Shown: positions 20,378 to 30,430, numbered from the stretch's first letter. The stretch: DNA of 58,993 nt from a virus (IMGVR_UViG_3300044448_006448:1-58993); one strand, 5' to 3'. Notes: generated by a model not told the origin, from the sequence alone. Translations and numbers: made by a program.

Positions 20378-21290
20378 AAATATATTAGTAACTGGAGGAA
20401 GTGGTGTAATAGGAAAACATTTAATTAGTAGATTAATTAATTTAGGTGCTAATGTTAGAAATGTAGACTTTAACCCTCAACCCTTAATACTTACAGAAAT
20501 GGGGGTAGAACACACCCAGATTGATTTGTCAGACCCTAATTCTCAATTTTTATTTAGATTTGAGCCGGATTATGTATTTCATTTAGCAGCTGATTTTGAA
20601 AGGAGTACAGAAACAAAAAATTTTTGGGATTCAAATTGGAAGAATAATATATTAGCTTCTAGACATGTTTTAGAAGAAGTAATTAAATATGATAGATTGA
20701 AAAAAATTATATTTGCTTCTAGTTATTTAATTTATAATAAAGAATTATATAATAATCCACTCTCCCCATATAAATTATCAGAAACAGATCAGATTGACCC
20801 TAGAAATTTATGTGGTTTAGCAAAACTTCAAACTGAAACTGATTTAGAATTTTTATCTCATTTTCATAATATTGATGTAGTAAGTGCACGTATTTATAGG
20901 GTTTATGGACAAGGAGACAGAGCAATAATAACAAGATGGATTAAAGATATACTTAAACAAAAACCAATCAATATTTTTGATGAAAATAATTCATTTGATT
21001 ATATATACGCAAACGATGTAGCAGAGGGATTATTAAGATTAGGTTTAACTAAAACTAAACACACAGTATATAATTTAGGAACAGGTAAAGTTAATACTAT
21101 TAATGATGTTTTTAAAATATTATTAAATAAATTTCCTAATTTAAAATATAAAAAAACACACACTACAATTCAACAAGAAGGAAGTTATGCTAATATGGAA
21201 AGATTTAAAACAGATTTACATTGGTTGCCTTCTACTACCTTAGAGCAAGGTATTGAAAAAATTATAAGTTATGAAAGTTTAAAAAAATAA
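20358..21290 (+). CDS. NAD-dependent epimerase/dehydratase
   Basis: TGGSGVIG, FHLAA and ASS motifs; the YxxxK motif appears as CGLAK. Confidence 0.85.
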   Translation: MNTYRNKNILVTGGSGVIGKHLISRLINLGANVRNVDFNPQPLILTEMGVEHTQIDLSDPNSQFLFRFEPDYVFHLAADFERSTETKNFWDSNWKNNILASRHVLEEVIKYDRLKKIIFASSYLIYNKELYNNPLSPYKLSETDQIDPRNLCGLAKLQTETDLEFLSHFHNIDVVSARIYRVYGQGDRAIITRWIKDILKQKPINIFDENNSFDYIYANDVAEGLLRLGLTKTKHTVYNLGTGKVNTINDVFKILLNKFPNLKYKKTHTTIQQEGSYANMERFKTDLHWLPSTTLEQGIEKIISYESLKK

Positions 21291-21320
21291 TTTGGATTTT
21301 AAACTATTTTTTCTTATATT
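21291..21320 (+). promoter_or_regulatory. Bacteroidota sigmaA-like promoter
   Basis: TTTG-N20-TATATT. Confidence 0.65.
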
Positions 21321-21350
21321 AAAGTTATTAATTAAAAACTACTAAAAGGT

Positions 21351-22808
21351 ATGTTCTATATTTTTGAAATGGCTAATAATCATCAAGGAAGTGTTAGTCA
21401 CGCTAAAAAAATTATTGATGAATTTTCAAATTTATCAAAAAAATATAATTTAAATGCTGGTATAAAATTACAATTTCGTAATTTAGACACATTTATTCAC
21501 GATGATTATAAAAACTCAGATCTTAAATATGTAAAAAGATTTAATGATACAAGACTAACTAAAAAACAATTTAAGGAAATTGTAGATTATATTCATACAA
21601 GTGGAATGTTAAGCATATCAACCCCATTTGATAATGAATCACTACCTATGTTTGATGAATTAGGAGTTGAAGTATTGAAAATAGCATCATGTTCTGTAGA
21701 TGATTGGCCTTTATTAGAAGAAGTTTCTAATATTAATAGAAAAATTATAATATCTACAGGTGGGGCTACAATTAAACATCTTAATAAAGTTTATAATTTA
21801 TTTAAAAAGAAAGGAAGAGATTTTGCATTTTTACATTGTATAGCAGAATATCCAACTCCAATAGAAAATGCATTTTTAGGTAGAATTAAAAAACTAAAAG
21901 AAGAATTTCCTGATATTGAAATAGGCTATTCAACACACGAAAGTCCTAACCAACAATCCGTATCACCTTTTGCTGTAGCAATGGGGGCAACTATTTTAGA
22001 AAAACATATAGGTAAAGTAACAGAAAATATCAAATTAAATGACTATAGTTGTACAGTAGAGCAAATGGAAACAGTAGTAAATGAAATAAAAACATACGAA
22101 ACGGCATTTGCCGGAGATTTTACAACAAGTGAAGCATTAGAAGCTTTAAAAAGAGGAATGTATGTAAATAAAGATATAAAAGTTGGAGATATTTTAACAA
22201 AAGATGATATATACTATGCTATGCCTCTTCAAGAAGGATGTTTAAATGCTTCTCATGTTAAAGATGTATTAGGTAAACAAGTAATGATACAAATAACAAA
22301 AGATAATCCTGTTAAATCTGAATATGTTATAGATCCTATACGTGAATCTACACTTAAAACTTTAAAAGATGAATATATTACTATTTTAGATGAAGCAGGT
22401 ATAACAGTAACTGATAAAGATGATGTTGAATTATCATGTCATTTTGGTTTAGAAAATTTTAGAGAAACTGGAGCACTAATTGTTAGTAAAATAAATAGAA
22501 GTTATTGTAAAAAAATTATAATTATGTTACCTAATCAATCTCATCCTATTCATAGACATTTACAAAAAGAAGAATGTTTTGAATTATTAAAAGGAGATTG
22601 TACTTTAAATTTAAATGGAAGAAACATACAATTAAAAAAAGGACAACCTAAATTAATTAATAGAAAAGTTAATCATTCATTTAAAACTAAAAATGGATGT
22701 GTAATTGAAGAAATATCAACAACTCATATTAAAGGAGATTCAATATACGAAAATCCAGTAATAAGTAAATTAACAGTTGATGAAAGAAAAATAAAAATTA
22801 AGTTATGA
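21351..22808 (+). CDS. NeuB-family synthase 3 with SAF and C-terminal cupin (lyxose-isomerase-like) domains
   Basis: FEMANNHQG, STPFD, GYSTHE and LEKH motifs; C-terminal YCKK..QSHPIHRH..KEECF..NHSF..EEIST. Confidence 0.88.
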   Translation: MFYIFEMANNHQGSVSHAKKIIDEFSNLSKKYNLNAGIKLQFRNLDTFIHDDYKNSDLKYVKRFNDTRLTKKQFKEIVDYIHTSGMLSISTPFDNESLPMFDELGVEVLKIASCSVDDWPLLEEVSNINRKIIISTGGATIKHLNKVYNLFKKKGRDFAFLHCIAEYPTPIENAFLGRIKKLKEEFPDIEIGYSTHESPNQQSVSPFAVAMGATILEKHIGKVTENIKLNDYSCTVEQMETVVNEIKTYETAFAGDFTTSEALEALKRGMYVNKDIKVGDILTKDDIYYAMPLQEGCLNASHVKDVLGKQVMIQITKDNPVKSEYVIDPIRESTLKTLKDEYITILDEAGITVTDKDDVELSCHFGLENFRETGALIVSKINRSYCKKIIIMLPNQSHPIHRHLQKEECFELLKGDCTLNLNGRNIQLKKGQPKLINRKVNHSFKTKNGCVIEEISTTHIKGDSIYENPVISKLTVDERKIKIKL

Positions 22809-23482
22809 AAAAATTAGATGATGTTTGTGTATTAGTTCAAGCAAGATTAGGTTCTCAAAGAGTACCAGGTAAAATGTTAAGACCATTTGCTGGTACTACT
22901 TTAATTGATATATTATTTAAAAAACTAAAATCTTCAACAATTATTCCAACTCAAAATATTTACTTTTCTGCATATGAAGAAGAGTTAAAAGAAGTTGCTA
23001 TGAATCATTGTATCCCAATTTTTAGTAGAAGTGAAATGTCAGCCAAATCTGAAGGAGAACCACTATCAGAAATTTATGAATGGTATAATAAATTACCTTT
23101 TAAATATGTAGTTTTAATTAGTGCTTGTAATCCCTTATTAAAGATAGAAACAATTGATAATTTTTTTAAAAAATATTTAAAATCAGATAGAGATGGTGGT
23201 TTTGCTGTATTTGAGAAAAAAACATACTATTGGGATTTAAATTCAAAACCTATTACAGATTGGAAAGGATCAACTATAATGAATACTAAATTTGTAGAAC
23301 CAATTTATGAAGCAGCACATTGTTTATATGCAAGTAGAATGGATATTATAGGTGATGGATTTTGGATGGATACTAAATCACCACCTGAACCTGAACTTTT
23401 TGTAATGGAAGAATTAGAAGCTTTTGATATTGATTATGAGTGGCAGTTTCAATTAGGAGAACAATTATATAAAGATAAATAA
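22805..23482 (+). CDS. Acylneuraminate cytidylyltransferase (NeuA/PseF-like)
   Basis: QARLGSQRVPGK, CNPLL and DIDYEWQF motifs. Confidence 0.88.
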   Translation: MKKLDDVCVLVQARLGSQRVPGKMLRPFAGTTLIDILFKKLKSSTIIPTQNIYFSAYEEELKEVAMNHCIPIFSRSEMSAKSEGEPLSEIYEWYNKLPFKYVVLISACNPLLKIETIDNFFKKYLKSDRDGGFAVFEKKTYYWDLNSKPITDWKGSTIMNTKFVEPIYEAAHCLYASRMDIIGDGFWMDTKSPPEPELFVMEELEAFDIDYEWQFQLGEQLYKDK

Positions 23483-24225
23483 TGTTAAGTAGTTTTACAC
23501 CTGAAGATCATAAACAATTTTATATAGATAATATAAAAGATAAAGACATATTAATTGTAGGTTCGGGCCCTTCAACTAATAAAGTTAAATGGGAAAAATT
23601 AAAAGTAGATACTGTTTTAACTACTAGTTTTTTTTATTTAAATGATAAAATAAGAACACTACCTAATATAAAACATATAACATTATCAAACATAATAAAT
23701 TTAAAAGATCCTAATTTAATTGAATTTATAGATTCTAATAAAGAATGTTCTATTGGTTTTGAAGTTAATACTCATCCTTTTTATAAAGGATCTACATACA
23801 AAGATTTTGTAGAAAAATATGAAGATAGAATAATATCGTACTGGACAAAAGACCATAGTAACTGTTTACATATAGGAGTAGGAGGAAGATTATGTTTTTT
23901 AGCAATAAATTTTAAACCTAAAAACATATATTATGTAGGAATTGATGGAACATCTAAAAATCCAAATAATGATCCTGATAATGCTTTTAGAAAAGAACGA
24001 AAAATGAATCACAAAACAGGTTATTTTAACACTCATGATAATGCTGGAAATTGGAAAGAAATGATACCAGGTTATTTAAAAATGAGTGAAATATTGTTTA
24101 ATTATGCTAATGAAAATAATATAAAAATTCATAATTTAGGTGAAGGTTTTGATTATAATATAGCAACAGAACATAGTTATAAACATTACCCTCTTTCTAG
24201 AGATATAAAAAAAATTATTAAATGA
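23482..24225 (+). CDS. Putative nonulosonate transferase (Maf/GT42/GT29-like fold)
   Basis: ILIVGSGPS ... IYYVGID motif pair; follows the CMP-synthetase. Confidence 0.6.
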   Translation: MLSSFTPEDHKQFYIDNIKDKDILIVGSGPSTNKVKWEKLKVDTVLTTSFFYLNDKIRTLPNIKHITLSNIINLKDPNLIEFIDSNKECSIGFEVNTHPFYKGSTYKDFVEKYEDRIISYWTKDHSNCLHIGVGGRLCFLAINFKPKNIYYVGIDGTSKNPNNDPDNAFRKERKMNHKTGYFNTHDNAGNWKEMIPGYLKMSEILFNYANENNIKIHNLGEGFDYNIATEHSYKHYPLSRDIKKIIK

Positions 24226-25871
24226 AAAAAGAAATATTTGCTTTAGGTGTTGGAGAATCTATAAACAATTATAGTGAATCAATAACTCATATATTTGATA
24301 AACATTCTACTATAACTATTCATAATGGTTTATTAAAATTATATGAAAAATTTAAAAAATTACCTACTTATTATACTTGGGGTGATCCTTTTGGAGCTTT
24401 AAATACGTTAAGATTTTTAAATCAAAGTGGTAAAGTTTCAACAAAAATTTTAGTACCTAGTACTATGTCTACTACATATGAAGATTTTAGAAAATATCAT
24501 GGTACATCTAGAATATCTCAGGGAAATAATTGGAATGAATATATAGAATTAATTCAATCTTTATTTCAAAAAGGATTTGAAGTGTATGTAGTACCTACTA
24601 CTACTACAAAAATTAAAAACCCATCTCCAAATGAAAGATTTAGTGAAGAAAAAATAACAATGGGGACAGTAGAATACACAGGAGACGCATCAGAAAATAG
24701 AAATGCTGTTGAAACTAAATTAACATCTTTAATATTTCCTCTGTCTCATTATTTAGGTTATAAAAAGGTTTATGTTTTGGGGTTTGATACAATAGGAGGA
24801 AGATTTTATGAAAAAATTGAAGGTGTTCCATCTGACCCTTGGCCAAAAAATCAACTACCTTATCTTATTGAAAATATGGATATGTGGGTAAAATGGAAGC
24901 AATACCACAATATGGACTTAATAAGTGTAGTAGAAGATAAATTTACAATAAATAATAGAGCTTTAGAATATAAAGATATAAACACAATATATGGAACTTC
25001 AATGAAAAAATGGTCTGAATATTATAAAGAATGTAAGGATAATTACAAAAAAGAATCAAATGCAGACATCATTGATTTAACTATGACTATAAATGATATT
25101 AAATCTCAACCTATATTTAATTTTGATAAACGTTATTTAGATACAATTTCCTTACTTAAAAATAAAATGGAAAAAGAGTTAGAAAATTCATCTAACTATG
25201 AATTTAAAAGTATAGCTATGGGAATTAAAGATATTTTTAAATATGAAGACGAATTAAAAATCATAGTTGAAGATTATCTCATCCCAGAACTAGAAGAAAA
25301 AGTATTTGGGTGTCATGTAACATGTGATAATATAAAAATGTATAAAACTCCTGAAACTAATGCTAATGAAGCTAGTTCTTGGTTATGGCATTTAGATAAT
25401 AATCCGATTGAACAAGTTAAAGTAATGATTTATATTAATGATGTCAATAAAGAATCAGGAGCTTTTAGATATTTAGGACAATCTGATAAATCTGGTATTA
25501 AAGTACTTCCTAGTAGAAGAGATTATACTCATTGGTTTGAAGGAGATATAAGTAAAGAAAATTTTGAAGCATTAGATACAAAGTGGAATGGTACTCGATT
25601 ATCAAATCAATTAATTAATGATTGGATTAATAATAAAGGATGTCAAATAGTTGATGTAGAAGGACCAGCAGGCACAGCATTATTATTTGATAATAACATT
25701 ATTCATAAAGGAACAATTCCAACAAAAGGATATAGATTAGCTATGACTTTACAATTTAAACCTATACATTACAAACCTAAAAATGCTTTTACTAAAGAAT
25801 ATGTTGGAAATGGGTGGAATCATGTTACATTTCACAAAGACCCAGAAATATATAAACCTGTAAAATATTAA
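24222..25871 (+). CDS. Fusion of a Maf/GT42-like transferase domain and a PhyH-like Fe(II)/2OG dioxygenase domain
   Basis: N-terminal ALGVGES ... VYVLGFD; C-terminal WHLD, KVMIYINDV, GPAGT..FD, IHKG..P and R motifs. Confidence 0.7.
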   Translation: MKKEIFALGVGESINNYSESITHIFDKHSTITIHNGLLKLYEKFKKLPTYYTWGDPFGALNTLRFLNQSGKVSTKILVPSTMSTTYEDFRKYHGTSRISQGNNWNEYIELIQSLFQKGFEVYVVPTTTTKIKNPSPNERFSEEKITMGTVEYTGDASENRNAVETKLTSLIFPLSHYLGYKKVYVLGFDTIGGRFYEKIEGVPSDPWPKNQLPYLIENMDMWVKWKQYHNMDLISVVEDKFTINNRALEYKDINTIYGTSMKKWSEYYKECKDNYKKESNADIIDLTMTINDIKSQPIFNFDKRYLDTISLLKNKMEKELENSSNYEFKSIAMGIKDIFKYEDELKIIVEDYLIPELEEKVFGCHVTCDNIKMYKTPETNANEASSWLWHLDNNPIEQVKVMIYINDVNKESGAFRYLGQSDKSGIKVLPSRRDYTHWFEGDISKENFEALDTKWNGTRLSNQLINDWINNKGCQIVDVEGPAGTALLFDNNIIHKGTIPTKGYRLAMTLQFKPIHYKPKNAFTKEYVGNGWNHVTFHKDPEIYKPVKY

Positions 25872-25934
25872 TAATGGGATGCATTAGAAAATAGAAATAA
25901 TAAATACAATAACTTAATAAATTAAATAAAAAAT

Positions 25935-26495
25935 ATGAAAAATATATTTATAGATTGTGGTTACAACATGGGGAATATAACAACCCAGTTTAGAAATCAA
26001 TTAGGAGGACAATATGAGTATTATGCTTTTGAAGCTAATCCTGATTTATATGAAAAATATAAAAACAAACATGATTTTATTAATCTTAAAAATAAAGCAG
26101 TTTGGGTTGAAAATGGTGAGATAGAATTTTATATTCCTACTATAGATAGACATTATAACCCGTGTCCTGATAATGGGGGTTCCACTTTATTAAAAGAAAA
26201 AGCAGAATGGAATATGTCAGTTGCTGGTTATAAAGAACAAAAAAAGGTCATAGTAGAATGTTTTGATTTTTCAGAATTTTTAAAAAACAATTTTAATATT
26301 GATGATAATATTATCGTAAAATTAGATGTGGAAGGAGCAGAATATAAAATTTTAAATAAATTAATAGAAACAAATACAGCTTCTTATATAAACCAATTAT
26401 ATGTAGAATTTCATGATAGAAAAACAGGAATGTCATCTAATGATATAATAAATAAATTGACCAATCTCAATGTTAAATTACATAAATGGCACTAA
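25935..26495 (+). CDS. FkbM-family methyltransferase
   Basis: FIDCG, AFEAN, KLDVEGAEY and YVEFH motifs. Confidence 0.88.
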   Translation: MKNIFIDCGYNMGNITTQFRNQLGGQYEYYAFEANPDLYEKYKNKHDFINLKNKAVWVENGEIEFYIPTIDRHYNPCPDNGGSTLLKEKAEWNMSVAGYKEQKKVIVECFDFSEFLKNNFNIDDNIIVKLDVEGAEYKILNKLIETNTASYINQLYVEFHDRKTGMSSNDIINKLTNLNVKLHKWH

Positions 26496-27354
26496 AAAAA
26501 ATTATATGAAAACTTATAAAGAACATTACGAATATTGTAGAAGTATATATGATTATTCATCTTCTACACCCCCTAAATATAAATCTGCATATGATTTAAG
26601 AGTAGATAATAACTTTTTAGCCGAAATAACTAATAAAAAATATTTTGAGTTAATAGACAGTATTAGAAAATCATTAGACTCTAAAATAGTCGACCCTAAA
26701 CCTTATAATGGACAAACCCCATATCCTGATTGTTTTATAGATAGTATTGGACATGCTATAAGAATACACAATTGGTTTGATATCCCTGAGATAAAGGAAT
26801 TAACACAAATGATCATGCCTGTAGTAGAAAGAGATATTTTAGGATGTAATGGAAAAGTAGAGTTTCTTCATCCCTATAGGAATATTCCTTCAAATAAACA
26901 TGAGGAATCCTCATGGAGATGGCATTACGATGATTGCCCCAATGAATTTTTAAAACTTTTTATAAATTTAAATCAAGTAACCGAAAATTCGGGCCCACTA
27001 AAATATCTACAATTAGCTAGTGGTGAAATTCCTATAATAGAAACATATAATACAGTTGCAGGTATAAGATCTACTGGTAATCCTGTATACCCTTCATCAA
27101 GAGTCCCCCAAGAAGTAGTTGATGCTGAAATAACTAGAGGGGGTAAAATTATTAGCGTAACAGGTAATCCAGGTAGTTATGCTATTTGTACTCCTAACAT
27201 ATGTCACAAAGCAAGTATTCCTTCTAAAGAAACTGTTCCTAGAGATGTATTATTCTTTTTTATAAGACCTAGTATCAAGAAATATGATAATTATTTGGAA
27301 GATACCCATTCATATTTTCCCGCAAAAAATGTAAAAATGTATAATTTAGATTAA
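26470..27354 (+). CDS. PhyH-like Fe(II)/2OG dioxygenase; likely start ATG 26506
   Basis: WHYDD, KLFINL, GPL.Y and CHKA..P..R motifs; paralog of the C-terminal half of ORF 24222. Confidence 0.72.
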   Translation: MLNYINGTKKNYMKTYKEHYEYCRSIYDYSSSTPPKYKSAYDLRVDNNFLAEITNKKYFELIDSIRKSLDSKIVDPKPYNGQTPYPDCFIDSIGHAIRIHNWFDIPEIKELTQMIMPVVERDILGCNGKVEFLHPYRNIPSNKHEESSWRWHYDDCPNEFLKLFINLNQVTENSGPLKYLQLASGEIPIIETYNTVAGIRSTGNPVYPSSRVPQEVVDAEITRGGKIISVTGNPGSYAICTPNICHKASIPSKETVPRDVLFFFIRPSIKKYDNYLEDTHSYFPAKNVKMYNLD

Positions 27355-27355
27355 T

Positions 27356-28432
27356 ATGGATAAAATAACATTTTGTATACCCAGTAAAACAAACTTAAGG
27401 TATTTAAAAACTTGCATACCATCTATAAGAAAAAATTCATATAGAAAAGACCATGATATAATTGTATTTGTAGATCAAGATGAGGATGGAACTATTGAGT
27501 GGTTAGACGAAATAAAAGACAAATATAACGTACAGTATTATGTAAATCCTAAATTAGGAGATGAATTATATGGTATAGGAAGAGCATATGATTATTGTAT
27601 AGAAAAATCAACTACTGATATTTTTATGATATTTCATGCTGATATGATGTTAGGTAAGAACGCTGATTTAAACGCATATAAACATTTAAAAACGCAAACA
27701 GTTGTGTGTTCTACTCGGGTTGAACCACCATTACACCCTAATGCAGGTGAAAAAATATTAATGGATTTTGGAATGTATCCTGAAGATTTTAAGGAAGAAG
27801 AATTTGATGAATTTGTTGAAAAAAATAAAGATATTAAAAGAATTACACATGGTATATTTGCTCCGTGGATGATGTATAAAAAAGAATTTTTAGCATTAGG
27901 TGGTCATGATCCTAGAATGCATTCATGTAGAGAAGACTCTGATGTATTTAATAGGATGCATTTAGCTGGATTTGAATTTCTACAGTCTTGGAATTCATTA
28001 GTTTACCATTTAACAGGTAGAGGTGCAGGAAGTTTTGATGGTGATAAAGAAAGACATGAACAATGGAAAAAAGACATGGAAGCTTCTACATTAGAATTTA
28101 TACGTAAATGGGGTCAAAATGTAAATCATACATCTATGATGCATCCTATTGTGTATCCTGTTTATAATAAGTCAGTCATTATTAATAATTCTAATCCTGA
28201 ATTAGAAAAAGTATTAGAACCTTGGTTTAATGGGGGTAAAGATATTATTATTGAAGTAGATGGTAATACATTTAGTAATGAAGATTTTAGACATATACAA
28301 AATTTAGGAGGTATCATAGGTCATGATGAGCAATTAAAAGAGGAAGAATTACCTTGTGAGTTTGGTTTAGGGGGTTTAAAAATAACTATTAATAGTTTAG
28401 ATAGTTTTGAGCAGGAGTTAATAAACTTATAA
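27356..28432 (+). CDS. Glycosyltransferase family 2
   Basis: TFCIPS, DGT, HADM, GGHD, EDSD and VYH motifs. Confidence 0.9.
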   Translation: MDKITFCIPSKTNLRYLKTCIPSIRKNSYRKDHDIIVFVDQDEDGTIEWLDEIKDKYNVQYYVNPKLGDELYGIGRAYDYCIEKSTTDIFMIFHADMMLGKNADLNAYKHLKTQTVVCSTRVEPPLHPNAGEKILMDFGMYPEDFKEEEFDEFVEKNKDIKRITHGIFAPWMMYKKEFLALGGHDPRMHSCREDSDVFNRMHLAGFEFLQSWNSLVYHLTGRGAGSFDGDKERHEQWKKDMEASTLEFIRKWGQNVNHTSMMHPIVYPVYNKSVIINNSNPELEKVLEPWFNGGKDIIIEVDGNTFSNEDFRHIQNLGGIIGHDEQLKEEELPCEFGLGGLKITINSLDSFEQELINL

Positions 28433-28452
28433 TATTTATAATCGAATATCTA

Positions 28453-28785
28453 ATGCCTTACACTATGGAAAAAAAATCGAAATTAAAAAAAATATCTCCA
28501 CCACTTTTAGAAATAGTGTTCGAAACTAAGGAAGAAATAGAAGAATTATATTCAAAACAATCTTTTAAAGATTATATTTTAGAAAATGCTTTAGATACAA
28601 TTGAAAGGGCTATTATAAGAAATAAACAAAAAGTTGAACTGTACAATATAGTTAATTTATCAGTTATAATAGAATTGGATAGGGAAAATTTTGAACCAGT
28701 ATTATCAAAAATATGTAAATTTTATGAAGATAAAGAAGAATTTGAATTGTGTAGTATGATAAAAAACTTAATTAAAAAAATATGA
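28453..28785 (+). CDS. Hypothetical protein with C-terminal UVR-like motif
   Basis: FYEDKEEFELCSMIKNL; TATTTATA at 28433-28440. Confidence 0.65.
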   Translation: MPYTMEKKSKLKKISPPLLEIVFETKEEIEELYSKQSFKDYILENALDTIERAIIRNKQKVELYNIVNLSVIIELDRENFEPVLSKICKFYEDKEEFELCSMIKNLIKKI

Positions 28786-28934
28786 TAAAATATTCACTTA
28801 CTACTAAAACAAATTCTGTAGTTTCTACTATTGAAGCTAGTAGTTTAAAAGAAGCTAGAGAAATATTTATAAATAGAAAACGATTAAATGAAGAAGTTTT
28901 TGATAGATTATTTACTGTAATAAAAAATAAATGA
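28782..28934 (+). CDS. Small hypothetical protein (50 aa; not in the ORF track)
   Basis: ATGA overlaps with both neighbours. Confidence 0.65.
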   Translation: MIKYSLTTKTNSVVSTIEASSLKEAREIFINRKRLNEEVFDRLFTVIKNK

Positions 28935-29335
28935 GAAGAGAAAAATTTATAGGAGAAGAGGAGATAAAACATTTATTCCAAAATATATTAGGAGCTGACA
29001 TTAATATTAAAGATAACTTAAAACAAACTGAAGAAACAGTATTTTGTTTGTTTGTAAAAAAGCTAGAAGAATCAAAAATAATAGAAGATAAAGTTTTTGA
29101 AGAAGGACATATCGATTTAAAAAAGATAACAGATCCTCTTTGGGTAGTAGTAGAAAATCTATTAAAAATGCAGTATGGCACTGATGCGGTTGAATTAATT
29201 ATGTGGTATATTTACGAAAGATTTAACCCAGAAGGAAAAGTTATGTCTATTGAAGATGATGATGGAAAAAAATATAAATTCTTAAATCCTAAAGATTTAT
29301 TTTCATACATAAAACACAGACATCCTAAGTCTTAG
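28931..29335 (+). CDS. Hypothetical protein
   Basis: 134-aa ORF. Confidence 0.7.
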   Translation: MRREKFIGEEEIKHLFQNILGADINIKDNLKQTEETVFCLFVKKLEESKIIEDKVFEEGHIDLKKITDPLWVVVENLLKMQYGTDAVELIMWYIYERFNPEGKVMSIEDDDGKKYKFLNPKDLFSYIKHRHPKS

Positions 29336-29365
29336 GTTGGCTTTTTACATATTTTTTCGTATATT
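29336..29365 (+). promoter_or_regulatory. Bacteroidota sigmaA-like promoter
   Basis: GTTG-N20-TATATT with TTCG extension. Confidence 0.7.
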
Positions 29366-29416
29366 TACATAAAATTTTAAGGTTATGTATAATTATAGTT
29401 ATAAAAATAACAAAAT

Positions 29417-29683
29417 ATGAAAAAAGATGGATTAAAAATGATCTCTTGTGTGGTTTGTGGGGCAGATATGCCCGAGTTAAGAAAAACCTTATATGGGTAT
29501 CATAATTGTATTAATTGTTCAACAGTAAAACCAAAAAGAGCTATTGTTACTACAGGAGGAACAGGAGATCATACATGGAATGACATTCAAATAATGGATG
29601 CAGATGAAGCAGAAACATATAGAAAAATGGTTGAAAATGGTAAAAAAATAATGAGAGATGCCAAAAGCAAAACCTCTGAGTAA
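29417..29683 (+). CDS. DksA/TraR-like C4 zinc-finger protein
   Basis: CVVCGADMPELR...CINC matches CxxCGxxIPxxR..CxxC. Confidence 0.65.
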   Translation: MKKDGLKMISCVVCGADMPELRKTLYGYHNCINCSTVKPKRAIVTTGGTGDHTWNDIQIMDADEAETYRKMVENGKKIMRDAKSKTSE

Positions 29684-30278
29684 AGAATTAATAGTAGGGG
29701 CAATGAATAAAACCCTATCTAATAGAGCAGCAGCTAGATATTTAAATGTTTCTTATCAACATTTTAAAAAATGGGCTAAACTATATCAAAACGAAGATGG
29801 AAAAACTCTGTTTGATGTACATAAAAATCAATCAGGTAAAGGTATTCCTAAATTTTTAAGAGGACAAGGAAAAGAACCAGCGTTACTTGATATTATTGAG
29901 GGTAGAGTTGATGCTTCATCATTCTCACCTGATAAAATTAAATACAGATTAATTACTGAGGGGCATTTATTAGAAGAATGTGGGAGTTGTGGGTTTAAAG
30001 AAAGAAGAGTAGTAGATTATAAAATCCCACTTATTTTACATTTTAAAGATAAAAATAAACAAAACTACAGAAAAGAAAATATTGAATTACTTTGTTACAA
30101 TTGTTACTTTTTAACTATTGGAGATATATTTAATGACAAACAAATACAAGGATTAGAAGATCATAAACCTATAAATAATTCTGAAGTTAATTGGGAATTA
30201 GATGATTATCAAAAACAACGTTTAGAAGAATTAGGACTTGGAGATGAGCCTGAAGAAGATTATATTTCAAGAATATGA
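29658..30278 (+). CDS. HTH plus degenerate HNH-nuclease-fold protein
   Basis: SNRAAARYLNVSY helix-turn-helix; CGSCG..LILHFKD.NK.N...NIELLCYNCY. Confidence 0.7.
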   Translation: MPKAKPLSKELIVGAMNKTLSNRAAARYLNVSYQHFKKWAKLYQNEDGKTLFDVHKNQSGKGIPKFLRGQGKEPALLDIIEGRVDASSFSPDKIKYRLITEGHLLEECGSCGFKERRVVDYKIPLILHFKDKNKQNYRKENIELLCYNCYFLTIGDIFNDKQIQGLEDHKPINNSEVNWELDDYQKQRLEELGLGDEPEEDYISRI

Positions 30279-30430
30279 AAAATAAAAAACATAATAAAAT
30301 AATAAATGATTATGATAAAATTAAATCTAAACATTTAGATAAATTAGCTAAAAAAATGTTAGATAATGATGAAAAAGATCAAAAATTAAAAAAATATAAA
30401 TTAAAAGGTAATTTTTTAAAAAATTTATAA
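30275..30430 (+). CDS. Small Lys-rich hypothetical protein (51 aa)
   Basis: ATGA overlap with the previous ORF; fills the gap. Confidence 0.55.
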   Translation: MKNKKHNKIINDYDKIKSKHLDKLAKKMLDNDEKDQKLKKYKLKGNFLKNL

